Shown here: positions 18,071-28,031 of the stretch, piece by piece | How positions within the stretch are numbered: position 1 is the stretch's first letter | Layout: the number at the start of each line of letters is the position of its first letter | Origin: a virus | Direction: 5' to 3' (one strand) | Virus record (IMG/VR): IMGVR_UViG_3300045988_184160 | Coordinates: 64,001 to 128,000 of that record | Length of the DNA: 64,000 nucleotides | The notes under the pieces: generated by a model | The model's input: the letters and a program-made list of their open reading frames with translations, nothing else | Told to the model about the DNA's origin: nothing | Databases searched by the model: none | Translations under genes and position numbers: made by a program

Positions 18071-19000
18071 ATGGCAAAAACACTCAACCAATACCTGCGG
18101 CTCGACCCGCCCACGCAGACACAGAAAGCACTCATCGTCGGGCTGCAACCCACCCAAAAGAAAAACCGCAACGGGTGGGACATTATCTGCCTTATCACAG
18201 ACCCGGAAACCGGTCAGAAAAAGGTAGAGAAATTCCAGGCCCCAGACCACCAAAAAATTAATGGTCACACGATCCTCGCGAACCTCCTCCCCCAAGACGA
18301 CATCAACATCACCGCCAACGAACAAGGCATACACATCAGTGGTGGCGTGAAAACAACTGGTGTGGAAATCACGTACACAACCTACCGTGGGCGGAAAATC
18401 CTGTTCACCGCCGAGAAAACAGGTGAAGAGGAAACCCTGTACGGGGTGGACGCGGCGAAAGTTTTCCTTGAATCCTACGCATATTTCGGGTTTAACGGGT
18501 CATTGCCTTACATGGTTGGGGCGTATGCGATCTGCGGTAATAGTGCTGACCGGCTCGTTGAGATTATCCACAGCGTGGATATTATGCGTGACACGTACAG
18601 TCCTGAGTATTCGACGGGGTTCGGTTCCCTTGACGGCATTAACTATTATCCTGTGGATAGTGGCACCCTCAAGGTTGAGAGCCTACGAGCTGTTGCCAGT
18701 GGGGAGAAAAAAGAAGAAATTTTTACGGGGTTCAATATGTCCCCCACGTCCACCCCCGTACCTGCTATGGTGGTTCTAGAAGACAACAGCACATACCGCA
18801 CAGAGACCCCAGATTGGGGTGAAGAGCACGTCGTGTTCAATAGCGCTGGGGTTACCCACAGTGTTTTCACCACCCCAGAGGTGAGCGCACTCTACAAGGG
18901 TGTCCTTCCAGCGCTACCGATGCTCCGTAAAGACTGTGTGATTGTGACTGGTGAGCAGGATGGTGTGAAAACCCTGTTGAGGGTATTCACGCAGGACTAA
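18071..19000 (+). CDS. hypothetical protein
   Basis: 309-aa ORF, co-directional, with no recognisable motif. The 5' third is A+C-rich and the remainder G+T-rich. Confidence 0.65.
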   Translation: MAKTLNQYLRLDPPTQTQKALIVGLQPTQKKNRNGWDIICLITDPETGQKKVEKFQAPDHQKINGHTILANLLPQDDINITANEQGIHISGGVKTTGVEITYTTYRGRKILFTAEKTGEEETLYGVDAAKVFLESYAYFGFNGSLPYMVGAYAICGNSADRLVEIIHSVDIMRDTYSPEYSTGFGSLDGINYYPVDSGTLKVESLRAVASGEKKEEIFTGFNMSPTSTPVPAMVVLEDNSTYRTETPDWGEEHVVFNSAGVTHSVFTTPEVSALYKGVLPALPMLRKDCVIVTGEQDGVKTLLRVFTQD

Positions 19001-19026
19001 AAAGAAAATTTGTTAGGGGCATTTAA

Positions 19027-19215
19027 ATGGCTTTAGATCTTCTCTTCGCGAGCGCCGCAGGGTATTTCGGTTTCGTGATCATCCCACTGTTCGCTGGGGT
19101 GTTCCTCATGGGTGCCGCGTGTAGCGCCTACCTCGGGATTAAGATCATGCAGTTGTTCCGTTGGGCTTTCGGGTCCGGTGGAGGGTACGTGGAGGTTCCT
19201 CATGGTGGGCGCTAA
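19027..19215 (+). CDS. small membrane protein (two hydrophobic helices)
   Basis: 62 aa (LLFASAAGYFGFVIIPLFAGVFLMGAACSAYLGI). The stop overlaps the start of the next gene. Confidence 0.5.
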   Translation: MALDLLFASAAGYFGFVIIPLFAGVFLMGAACSAYLGIKIMQLFRWAFGSGGGYVEVPHGGR

Positions 19216-19579
19216 GAAAGTTTTCACGAATGAGGGACGCCATGCTAGGCCCGTGATATCGAGGTATGTGAAGGGGCTGAAATTCGATCCTGCCCGCCGC
19301 GATATTGATTATGTCGCTGGGTGGCTGGAATACGCCACAGCGCACGGGTACCCTCTTGAGGAGCGTGACCGAAAGAATAATTTCACTGCGCCTTACCTTG
19401 AGTACCTGCTCTCGATTGGTACTGTCCCCGACTACCATGTGAGGCGACGTATCAGACACGGTAGCCCTCTCACTGTGCCGACTCTACGGTACGCGGAACG
19501 GCTTGGGTACTGCCACCTGCGTGACCTACCAGGCGGTGCTGTCCTAGTGGTGGAGACAGGGAACGTTTACTGCCCGTGA
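19202..19579 (+). CDS. hypothetical protein
   Basis: In-frame ATG at 19202 (MVGAKKVF...) overlaps the stop of the preceding small ORF by 14 nt. The longer track ORF from 19112 would overlap most of that gene. Confidence 0.55.
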   Translation: MVGAKKVFTNEGRHARPVISRYVKGLKFDPARRDIDYVAGWLEYATAHGYPLEERDRKNNFTAPYLEYLLSIGTVPDYHVRRRIRHGSPLTVPTLRYAERLGYCHLRDLPGGAVLVVETGNVYCP

Positions 19580-19648
19580 CGGGTGGTGTTACAACGTAAA
19601 ACGTGAAAGAACACCCCCTCCACCATACCCTGGATGTGATAAACAAAA

Positions 19649-20692
19649 ATGGCTACCGTGAAAACCGTAGAAGACCTAGTTCAAGCTGAAGGCGCGAAGC
19701 TTTTCAGGACCCTAGCAGAAACAAGTAACCCAGGTATTAGGGGGACTCTATGGTACTCGGTTTACGACATCGGTAACATCCCCGAGTGGGAGGATGCACT
19801 GGAATATGAGCTTGCCCAAGGGCTGGACAGGAAATATGCTGTTCACGGGGTGAGGAATGAGCGTTACGGTGTGCTGAACAGGGGCACGGTTTGGGGGGTG
19901 AACACCCGCGACGTTGACGTGAAACAGTTTGCCCTAGACAGCTTAGGTAAACCCATTTACAAGAAAAAAAGCACGAACGGCACTGTCGCGTCGAAGCTTA
20001 TAGTGGCGAACCAGAAGGTAAGCGTTGAAGATATTGAGCTTAAAGACGTGGAACTGCCGCAAGGTAGTGTGTGGGTTAGGGCAGAAAAAGTCCTTGACAT
20101 TAAGCTTGAGGATTTAGGGAGAGACCGGAAACAAGGGTTCGCCCCAGGAGTCGTTGAATACAACCGCAGAATATACAACGTCTACGCTATCCCGAAAGAC
20201 AACCTGCGACCAGTACCCCGCGCCGCGCTTGTCCTCAGTAAACGCAGAATGCAGAACTACGGGGGATGGAAAATAAATTCTTTCAGCATGGGTCCACTGT
20301 ATCTTCAGGTCATTAAATACAAGCCTGGGGCACGGTACGAATCGACAAACGTTCTGATGATCAAAGACACAACAGACTTCGATAAGGAAATGCGGGAGTA
20401 CATCGGGTTCCTTCACGAATCCCAGAACGTCATACCCGACGTTTTCAGTGAAGACTACATGGGGAGTGACGGTGTGCGGTTCTTCATTAAACATATGGAA
20501 CCAACCCTCACCATGTTAGACGACCCAGGTGCGGACGATAACATAGAGATAGACCATGTTGGGGGGCTGGAAGAAGGCAGTGCCGCAGCGGACATGCTCG
20601 CGTCGATACTCTCCAAACAGAAACAGCAGGAAACCCCGAAACTGCCACCAAGCCACGGTGAAGACGGTAGATTCGTGAGTAGGGGCAGGTAA
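19649..20692 (+). CDS. hypothetical protein
   Basis: 347-aa ORF with no recognisable motif. Confidence 0.65.
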   Translation: MATVKTVEDLVQAEGAKLFRTLAETSNPGIRGTLWYSVYDIGNIPEWEDALEYELAQGLDRKYAVHGVRNERYGVLNRGTVWGVNTRDVDVKQFALDSLGKPIYKKKSTNGTVASKLIVANQKVSVEDIELKDVELPQGSVWVRAEKVLDIKLEDLGRDRKQGFAPGVVEYNRRIYNVYAIPKDNLRPVPRAALVLSKRRMQNYGGWKINSFSMGPLYLQVIKYKPGARYESTNVLMIKDTTDFDKEMREYIGFLHESQNVIPDVFSEDYMGSDGVRFFIKHMEPTLTMLDDPGADDNIEIDHVGGLEEGSAAADMLASILSKQKQQETPKLPPSHGEDGRFVSRGR

Positions 20693-20715
20693 GGGATAAG
20701 AGTAGGAAAGGGCGG

Positions 20716-21138
20716 GTGAAACACCGCATGTCAGAGGTGTTCTGGGTAGAGCCACGCGAAGATGCTGGTGCCGCATCGTTATCCCCAGTGCGCGGGCTAT
20801 ACCAACCCAACCCGTACTTGGGGCTGAGAATCATGGTGCGCGGCAACACTCACCAAGTGGACAACAGGATAGCCTCAGAAGCGCTCTTCAACTCCCTGTT
20901 CTCCCACGGGTACGTGTACACGCCCGTGACTATCACCCACCTCAGAAGAATCCGCCCACTAGCTGGTGCCGAACGGTACAGCGTGTCCGACCAGCACGGT
21001 GTGAGAGAAATAAACGTTAGTGAATATAACACTATTCTCACCCAAGAAAAACAAGCCCTGAATAGTATCTGCATCCCAAACCATGAGCATATTAACGGGC
21101 ACCAGGTCATAAACCACATGTTTGTCCACAAAATATGA
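20716..21138 (+). CDS. hypothetical protein
   Basis: 140-aa ORF with a GTG start and no motif. Confidence 0.55.
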   Translation: MKHRMSEVFWVEPREDAGAASLSPVRGLYQPNPYLGLRIMVRGNTHQVDNRIASEALFNSLFSHGYVYTPVTITHLRRIRPLAGAERYSVSDQHGVREINVSEYNTILTQEKQALNSICIPNHEHINGHQVINHMFVHKI

Positions 21139-21183
21139 CAAGCAAATGAAACAGCCCGCAGTGCATAGGCTATTATTGTATTT

Positions 21184-22482
21184 ATGCGAAATACACGATT
21201 CACCTACAACTGGCTAAGAGACTGCAAATGGTATTACCATTCGCTGAAAATAGCTTCACTGTACCGGATGGTGGATTTGGGGTACCTTCTGGACGCCCAT
21301 GTGTTCACGGTGGATTACAATGTTCGTCGTCTGCTTGTGGATAGTGGGTATGTTAGGGTCAGTGATGACGGCAGGTTTGAGGTGTCGGCTGGGCTGCTTT
21401 TTGAGCATATTGTGTCCTGCTCGTCGTTGAGTAGTGATTACCGTGAAATAGTTTCTGTCTATGAGGGTAAGGGTTTTGTTCCTGTTGAGTCTGAGGTGCT
21501 TTGGGGTTCTGATGATTTCATTGTCCTCCTGTACCTTCACCTGTCTCTGCAGGAATGCACTGAATCTCTCGACAGGTTGAGTGGGTTCTTCACTAAACGG
21601 ATCGGTGACGACAGTATCAACGAGTCCGGTAAGCTGGGTGCAAAATACAGGGACGGCATGAGCATGGTTGTGTTGCAGGAGGCGACCCAGGCGTCCGTGC
21701 AGGCTGTGACTGCGACACCACCGAAGTATATGACTGTGAGAACCGTTGAACGTGGGGCTGCCGCCCCTACTGCACCCGCTGGGTATGAGCTGCTGGGTGT
21801 CCATGACCTCCCCCATAGTGTGCAGTACTGGTACCATAATGCGCCTGACTCTACGGACACCACGTTCACCCACACCCCGCCCGTGCTTTGGGGTTCCACA
21901 GCGGAGGGGCAGCTGTCGATGTCCATGCTGTACAGTGGGTTGTGCGGGTACCTGCTCCCTGGGGGTGTGGTGCATAAGGTGCTGGATGATGAAGGGTATA
22001 CAGGTAACATTTCTGTTGTGCCTATCACGGGGTACCAGTCCACGAAAGGTAACCCAGTGGAGTTTTACCCTGTTGAAGACCTCACGCGGGAATACCCAGG
22101 AACTTTCCGCCAATATGAGAAGCATGACTGGTACGGTTCGCTGATGCGTCTAAAAGAGATCCAACCGGTTCCGGGGCATAAAATATCTGTTGACCTGTTC
22201 AGTTCCCTCATCACGGATTTCAGGTTATCCAGTAAGCCTTTCGAAACAGGGAGGCTACTCGATGGTGTTGTGACCCGAAGCAGATCGTTAGACTTCGCGC
22301 CGCACCCAGTGTCCACGAGGTACGATATGCGCACACTGGGAGACTCTTTCAACTACCTTTTCCCTAGTGTTATTGAGGGGCTACAGTCAGTAGCGGAACA
22401 AGTGGACCCTGCTAGTACCATCAACCACCAGAGCACTTTTCTAAGCAACCCGATAGGAGCACCAAAGAATGCCGCAGTATAG
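21184..22482 (+). CDS. hypothetical protein
   Basis: 432-aa ORF with no motif. A 289-aa antisense shadow ORF overlaps it. Confidence 0.65.
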   Translation: MRNTRFTYNWLRDCKWYYHSLKIASLYRMVDLGYLLDAHVFTVDYNVRRLLVDSGYVRVSDDGRFEVSAGLLFEHIVSCSSLSSDYREIVSVYEGKGFVPVESEVLWGSDDFIVLLYLHLSLQECTESLDRLSGFFTKRIGDDSINESGKLGAKYRDGMSMVVLQEATQASVQAVTATPPKYMTVRTVERGAAAPTAPAGYELLGVHDLPHSVQYWYHNAPDSTDTTFTHTPPVLWGSTAEGQLSMSMLYSGLCGYLLPGGVVHKVLDDEGYTGNISVVPITGYQSTKGNPVEFYPVEDLTREYPGTFRQYEKHDWYGSLMRLKEIQPVPGHKISVDLFSSLITDFRLSSKPFETGRLLDGVVTRSRSLDFAPHPVSTRYDMRTLGDSFNYLFPSVIEGLQSVAEQVDPASTINHQSTFLSNPIGAPKNAAV

Positions 22483-22924
22483 TGTAGAAGCTGAGACGCA
22501 GGAGGACGGGAGTATCCTCATCCCGTTCACTGTTGTGTCCGAAGACCCGCTAACCGTGGTGTTCCTATACCGGTCAAAAAACGGTGACGCAGACTGGGGG
22601 ATAAAACAGGTGTTCCCTAACGAAATCAGTGGCGCTGAATCCTACGATATTTTTGTGTGCACTATCCCTAACAGTCGATCCCAGACGGTGCTCCCGATCA
22701 GGCAGGAAATCCGTAAAACAACCCCGAAAGAGGGAAACAAAATCAAGCTCACCCTCGGGAACTCCATCTCACAACCCGACATTCCCACCGCAACCCAGAT
22801 CGTAGGACCAGCCGTCAAAGAAGCATTCTACGACGCTGAGGGGCTAGTGCAGACGAGCGGGTTCTCTCTATCGTCGAAGAGTACCGCAGCTAGGGTGGAG
22901 GAATATTTGAGGGAAAATCTCTAA
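22469..22924 (+). CDS. hypothetical protein
   Basis: 151-aa ORF whose start overlaps the previous stop by 14 nt. Confidence 0.6.
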   Translation: MPQYSVEAETQEDGSILIPFTVVSEDPLTVVFLYRSKNGDADWGIKQVFPNEISGAESYDIFVCTIPNSRSQTVLPIRQEIRKTTPKEGNKIKLTLGNSISQPDIPTATQIVGPAVKEAFYDAEGLVQTSGFSLSSKSTAARVEEYLRENL

Positions 22925-22970
22925 CTAGTAGTAGTTGTTTTGTTGAGAGAAAAGGATTGGGGTTACCCGT

Positions 22971-25133
22971 ATGAGAAGCGAAACTGTTGTTTCACTGGGG
23001 CACAAGTTTACCGACAGGTACAAAAAATTCGTTGGTGAGCTCGTCAAAAAAGCTGTGCTAAACAAGACGGATATTAAGCTACCTACGATCTTCGACATTC
23101 TCACCCAGCCCGACGATTTCAATGTTGATGGGTTCACTAGCTACAGCATCTTCTGTGACCTCACCTACCGGTACATTTCCCTCATGTGGGGGATGGACAT
23201 ACCCAGGAACACGCTCATCAGCCGTGTCACAAAACATATCTACGAGAAAGAAAACAACGAATACCTCAACCACCTCTGCGACATCTACGGCAACCCCGAA
23301 AACCCAGAAGACGTAAAGATCATCCCCGACAGCAAAGAAAGCCCCGAACGGTTATTCACAGAAGCAGTGAACAACTGGGTCAAAGACCGTATACAAGCAG
23401 GAAACCTAGAAGACGCGCTCCCGTTCCTAGTCTTCGCCGAGCAATGCTGGATGTTCCACGGCGCGGGGTACTGGTACACCCCCAACAACAGGAAAAACGC
23501 CATATACCCCGGTAGGCACAAGCTGTACAAAACAGACCCGACCCGTATCATCGCACAGAACTTCTCAAAAACCAAAGCAGCGAAAGAACAAGCAGCCACA
23601 CCCACGAACGAGGAAGCCGTAAAACTTTTTCAGAAGATAATAACCGCGAACCTTAAAGACACCATCATCAAAACCAACAGGGTTAACGCAACCTACACCA
23701 TCACACCCAACGGGAAAGATGACAGGTACACGATAAAGTCCGCATCCTCAGACCTCAAAAAAAACAGTCTCGTGGAGCCGCCCGAGATCGTCCCGCACAT
23801 GGTGGTGCAGCAGCTCTTCAAACTATTGAAAGACACAGCAGAGAAAACACCTCTGCTCGTCACCCAAGACACACCCATGATGTCCACCCCGAAGCAGCGG
23901 GTACTATCATTCGACTACGCACTCCACGAAAGGTACCGGTCAGCAAGCCGGAAACCTATCGCACAAGCCCTGCAGGCTAGGGCGTACATGCCTGTGCTGG
24001 GTGCCCCACGGTACACGCTGGGTATGACGAGGGTGGATGCTTTCTCTATCACGGGGACACGTGTCCTCACGAGTGCTGAGCAGGAACACCCAGAAGAAGA
24101 TAATGTCGGGTACTGGGTTTCACCTGCGAGCGTTGATTTGAACGAGCTGGTGCTTGAGAGAATATCCGCTTGGGGTTTTGACCGCGCGAATAACCTGAGG
24201 CAACGGAACAAACCTGCCATGTGGCGTAGCTACCTTGATTTTTTCAGGAACGCCCACCACGAGAACTGCCGTGCAGTGGATGAAACGTACACGCCCGCGC
24301 AGCTACAGGGACTCATCAAATACCTATCTCGGGAAGAGAAAGTAGCTTTCCGATCCATGCTACCACCGGAAGCGATAGACTACGCCCGTGTACTAACCCA
24401 TGATATTTTCAATGTTTTTGAGAAGATCGAGATTCCTGAGGCTGAAACAGCGGTGGCTGCTCGAAAGAATTTCGCTACGATGCTCAGGGGCGGGATCTAT
24501 AAGGTCACTTTCTTGAACCAGAGCGATAAACTGAACTCCGTGTTCTGCACCTTGAACTGGAATATCCTGGATTTCCTGTGTGGTGGGCGCAGGATGTACC
24601 GTGAACCATCGTATTTCCGTGTGCTGGCGACTAAGATCCGGGATAACACGGACCAGTTCAGTAATGACAGCTGGTTCGTTTCTCAGGGTGGGGAGCTGAT
24701 GGGTAGCGGCGTGGTTCCTGATGGTAGGACTATTGAGTATTTAAAGGATTGCTACGATCTTCGGTTGTCTAGTCCGGAGTTGACGCTAGATAAGTTTTGG
24801 GCGCGGGTTAACAAGAACTCGGTGGTGTATGAGGTGTCTTTGAGGGTTTTCAAGGATTTACTTCGTGTCGCCGAGGTTGATGGGGAGCTGAACGGTCCAG
24901 CTGATTTACTGTATCTTGTATCTCAGGTTGAGCATTGTGGATTTACGTATTCTCATGGCGCGTCGTTGTATTCTGTGGAGGATCGGGAGAGGGAGCTTGT
25001 GGGTTCTGATGTGGTGACGGTTCGGAATGTTTTTGCGCCTCCTTTTTCTTCGAGGAATAATGCTTTTGTTCAGGTGAGTGCTCGTAAAGTGGTTGATGTT
25101 GTGAGGGTGGCTAAACCACCTAGCATTCCTTAA
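22971..25133 (+). CDS. hypothetical protein (720 aa)
   Basis: Long ORF with no motif recognised. Composition changes from ~68% A+C (23281-23400) to ~65% G+T (24841-24960) within the gene. A terminator follows. Confidence 0.7.
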   Translation: MRSETVVSLGHKFTDRYKKFVGELVKKAVLNKTDIKLPTIFDILTQPDDFNVDGFTSYSIFCDLTYRYISLMWGMDIPRNTLISRVTKHIYEKENNEYLNHLCDIYGNPENPEDVKIIPDSKESPERLFTEAVNNWVKDRIQAGNLEDALPFLVFAEQCWMFHGAGYWYTPNNRKNAIYPGRHKLYKTDPTRIIAQNFSKTKAAKEQAATPTNEEAVKLFQKIITANLKDTIIKTNRVNATYTITPNGKDDRYTIKSASSDLKKNSLVEPPEIVPHMVVQQLFKLLKDTAEKTPLLVTQDTPMMSTPKQRVLSFDYALHERYRSASRKPIAQALQARAYMPVLGAPRYTLGMTRVDAFSITGTRVLTSAEQEHPEEDNVGYWVSPASVDLNELVLERISAWGFDRANNLRQRNKPAMWRSYLDFFRNAHHENCRAVDETYTPAQLQGLIKYLSREEKVAFRSMLPPEAIDYARVLTHDIFNVFEKIEIPEAETAVAARKNFATMLRGGIYKVTFLNQSDKLNSVFCTLNWNILDFLCGGRRMYREPSYFRVLATKIRDNTDQFSNDSWFVSQGGELMGSGVVPDGRTIEYLKDCYDLRLSSPELTLDKFWARVNKNSVVYEVSLRVFKDLLRVAEVDGELNGPADLLYLVSQVEHCGFTYSHGASLYSVEDRERELVGSDVVTVRNVFAPPFSSRNNAFVQVSARKVVDVVRVAKPPSIP

Positions 25134-25151
25134 ATACTCTTATTTGTTCTT

Positions 25152-25196
25152 ATGTGGCGTATCTATTAAAAAATAGGTACGCCACATTTGTCATTT
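25152..25196 (+). terminator. rho-independent terminator
   Basis: atgtggcgta ... tacgccacat stem followed by ttgtcattt. Confidence 0.7.
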
Positions 25197-25294
25197 CAGG
25201 AACAAAAACACCGGTATTATTACTTTTAAAGTAAAAATACCCACATAAACAACCATAGGAAAACAAAAACACCCCAGGAGGTGAAGACAAAACA

Positions 25295-25777
25295 ATGTAC
25301 GACGAAGAAGAAAACGAAGAAACGGGTAACAGCAACCCATCACCATTCGACCGTCATAGACGAGGAATACGACCCAGGCCCGACGACAGAGAAGAATCCC
25401 CCTTCAGCAGGGGGCGGACCTCCCGAGGGCGACCACAACCCTGGGGCGACGATGAAGACACCGACTTCCCACCAAGGCACAGGGGAATGCAGAGAGGAAG
25501 ACCAGGGCGAAACCCCTACGAAGAACGTGAGGAATACGACCCCAGAAGCCGATTCCAAAATAATCGTGGATTCAACCCGCGACACGACCCAGACCCAAGA
25601 AACCCCTGGGAAAGCGCACAGGAAGAAGACCCCGCCAGTGAAGAAACAGACATTAGGGAAAACACGGTAGTCCCAATGTCAAAACCGAACAACACAAAAG
25701 AAGTAGAGCAAAAAGAAATGAAAAAATCAATCGGGTTATACGCAAAACTAGTGCGCATCCTCGGTGGGGAAATGTGA
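25295..25777 (+). CDS. highly charged Arg/Pro/Asp/Glu-rich (likely disordered) protein
   Basis: 160 aa. aggagg lies 13 nt upstream of the ATG. Repeated R-x-R-G-R-P and N-P-R-H-D-P type segments, with a short hydrophobic C-end (SIGLYAKLVRILGG). The competing frame 25281..25670 lacks an SD. Confidence 0.5.
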   Translation: MYDEEENEETGNSNPSPFDRHRRGIRPRPDDREESPFSRGRTSRGRPQPWGDDEDTDFPPRHRGMQRGRPGRNPYEEREEYDPRSRFQNNRGFNPRHDPDPRNPWESAQEEDPASEETDIRENTVVPMSKPNNTKEVEQKEMKKSIGLYAKLVRILGGEM

Positions 25778-25846
25778 AACCCATCCCCAAAAAATAATAT
25801 AAGATAAAACAAGAACACAGCATAAAGCCCCTCGGAAGAAAACCGA

Positions 25847-27175
25847 ATGTACACACTCTTACCAGAAAAACAGCACAACAGGCTTCAACAGATCGAGCAA
25901 GAATACGAAGCGGGTAGATTACACAGGTACCCGCCGCACATTATCGAGAAAATACGGAAAACATATCTCGACAAATGCGACAAACATATTCGCTCACTCA
26001 CCACACCAACCCTAGTAGCGGATATAAACATACTGCAGAAAGTATCTGACGAAGCCACAGCTGTTGTGAAGCGGCTACAAGGGCACCTGCCTGAGGGGTT
26101 CACCCCGTTCCCCCAGAACGGTGGGGCGCTCCGAGTATCATTCTGGGCAAGTAAAGACGGTAAAGAAATCAGGTGGCGTGTCAGACCAAACTCCAAGACA
26201 GGGCTAAAAACCCAAGGCGCACAACTGAACACAGACCTGTGCGTCAAAACAGGTAAAGGCAAAGTCGCCTCAAAGAAAATATGGGGAGAAGCACTCAGAG
26301 CCGCCGCCACCCAACTATGGGAGCTGTCAATCGGGCAGTTCGCGGCACACAACTGTGCGGCAGTGAACCAGCTACTCACGGAAGCCACCACGCGGGCTGG
26401 TGCACCATACACTCTTTCAGTGGTGCCAGAAATTTTCGCTACACCCAAAAACGTGGGGTTGTTCGAAGACATCTCAATGAGCGGTGTGGTGATCGCGGTC
26501 AGCAACCAGAAAATCCTGTCCCTCCCTGCAGAATACGACGCTCAGAACGTGGAGAGTCTGAGAGAGGGCGTGGATATCCTAGAGGACGCTATCAGGGATA
26601 TAAAGCGTCAAGAAGGTAAAGCCCCAGAGGTGCGGGTGCGGCAGCTGACTATCAAGAAGAACATGTTGAAAGCGCACCTGAAAACCCTAGCTGGTGATGT
26701 TGCTTCCACTGAGTCTGCTGCGGAAGCTCGGGAGGAACTAGTGTCCGCATACGTGGACATTCTCAAGAAAACTCCCTCCCCCATATCGCTCATCAACACG
26801 CGGGGAGAAACACGCAAAAAACTTGTTGCCCTCACCGACCTGCCAGAGGATCATGTTCGGCAAGCAAGGACACTATTAGCGGACTCCACAGACAAGACCA
26901 TCAAAGCAGTGTACCAGTCCACGAAACCACCCATCCGTTCAGTCCTCGTGGAAGGAACCACCAGTGCTGGCGAACCGTGGATCGGGTCTGTGGGATACAC
27001 GGAGACAGACGGTGTGTGTGGTTTTGAAGAGAGAATCCCCGCAGTACACAAGAACCTGTGGGTCCGGCTCCCCGAAATTGATGTGGTTGCGGAAGCCCAG
27101 AAAATCTGGGAGGCAAGCGAGAACCGTAGTGAAGAGGCCCGTAAACGTTTCGGGTATGAGACGCAGGGAAAGTAG
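25847..27175 (+). CDS. hypothetical protein
   Basis: 442-aa ORF with no motif recognised. Confidence 0.65.
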   Translation: MYTLLPEKQHNRLQQIEQEYEAGRLHRYPPHIIEKIRKTYLDKCDKHIRSLTTPTLVADINILQKVSDEATAVVKRLQGHLPEGFTPFPQNGGALRVSFWASKDGKEIRWRVRPNSKTGLKTQGAQLNTDLCVKTGKGKVASKKIWGEALRAAATQLWELSIGQFAAHNCAAVNQLLTEATTRAGAPYTLSVVPEIFATPKNVGLFEDISMSGVVIAVSNQKILSLPAEYDAQNVESLREGVDILEDAIRDIKRQEGKAPEVRVRQLTIKKNMLKAHLKTLAGDVASTESAAEAREELVSAYVDILKKTPSPISLINTRGETRKKLVALTDLPEDHVRQARTLLADSTDKTIKAVYQSTKPPIRSVLVEGTTSAGEPWIGSVGYTETDGVCGFEERIPAVHKNLWVRLPEIDVVAEAQKIWEASENRSEEARKRFGYETQGK

Positions 27176-27182
27176 GTAGGAC

Positions 27183-28031
27183 ATGGCTGGTTTTGGTTTA
27201 GGAACAGGAAGCAGTGACAGCAGCTCGGGTGGTGAGAACAGGGGTGTGCCCTCCCGTCCCCTGCCGAAGCCTGTTGGGCAAGAAGAGATCCGTGACGGGG
27301 TGACACTACCGATGGGTGAGGTCATGCCTGACTATAAGCACGGTGATGACGGCTACACGTCCTGGGGTAGTGAATGGGGGGAGCCTCACGAAAATGTTGT
27401 GCCTGATGAGGATGAAGAAGAAAACCTTTTCACGCGCAGAAAAAAGAAGGAACGCAGCCCTGACGGTGAACCAGTTGAGAGTGGAGTGAAAAAAGCATGG
27501 GCGAAGATCGTCCGTAACAGCCTTGGGAAGCTTTTAGCGCTCGGGTGTCTCCTCGCTGCTGTAATTCTTCTCGTGCTTGTTGTGGTTTCCAATAACCAGA
27601 ACCACGACTCCGCTACACCAACACCAGAAACTAAAACCTCCACATCCTCCGCAGACACCAACACCGAAACCAGTGCCGAAGAAACCCAGAAACCCAGCGG
27701 AGACAGCAACCACGACTGGCAAAAAATAGACCCGCCCGAAGTGAAAGACACCTACAAGGCGCGCGGCATGGTTGAAGAACGAGAAGTATACAAGGACCCT
27801 AACACCCAGACCGTCGTATACGCCCTCAAAATGTCCCTCGTGAAAGAAGGCGACTCAAGCAACGCCCTCACCACACGGTTCTACACCACCAAAAGCGGGT
27901 GGGACGAAGCGGTAGTGGGGAACCTCTACTCGGTTACCTACAGTGGTGACGACAAAGGGAACCTTGTGATCGTTTCCATCGACAAATACAAGGCACCAGC
28001 TAAGAACAGCGGGAAGGAGGAGAAACACTAG
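27183..28031 (+). CDS. single-pass membrane protein
   Basis: 282 aa. Gly/Ser-rich and acidic N-part, TM helix LLALGCLLAAVILLVLVVVS, Thr/Ser-rich linker and a ~110-aa C-domain. The stop TAG overlaps the next GTG (TAGTG). Confidence 0.65.
   Translation: MAGFGLGTGSSDSSSGGENRGVPSRPLPKPVGQEEIRDGVTLPMGEVMPDYKHGDDGYTSWGSEWGEPHENVVPDEDEEENLFTRRKKKERSPDGEPVESGVKKAWAKIVRNSLGKLLALGCLLAAVILLVLVVVSNNQNHDSATPTPETKTSTSSADTNTETSAEETQKPSGDSNHDWQKIDPPEVKDTYKARGMVEEREVYKDPNTQTVVYALKMSLVKEGDSSNALTTRFYTTKSGWDEAVVGNLYSVTYSGDDKGNLVIVSIDKYKAPAKNSGKEEKH

Noticed and set aside
21256-22125. 289-aa minus-strand ORF, and similar long antisense ORFs at 39071..39979, 25885..26505, 61626..62261, 32138..32707 and 10457..10957.
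   Set aside because: Each lies entirely inside a longer plus-strand gene with better context (operon packing, motifs). Their translations are low-complexity Arg/Pro/Ser/Val-rich, typical shadow ORFs.
25281-25670. 129-aa ORF in a second frame overlapping the charged-protein gene.
   Set aside because: Its GTG start overlaps the only SD-like sequence (aggagg). The 25295 frame has usable spacing and a more protein-like C-terminus. This remains uncertain, so it is flagged in the findings.
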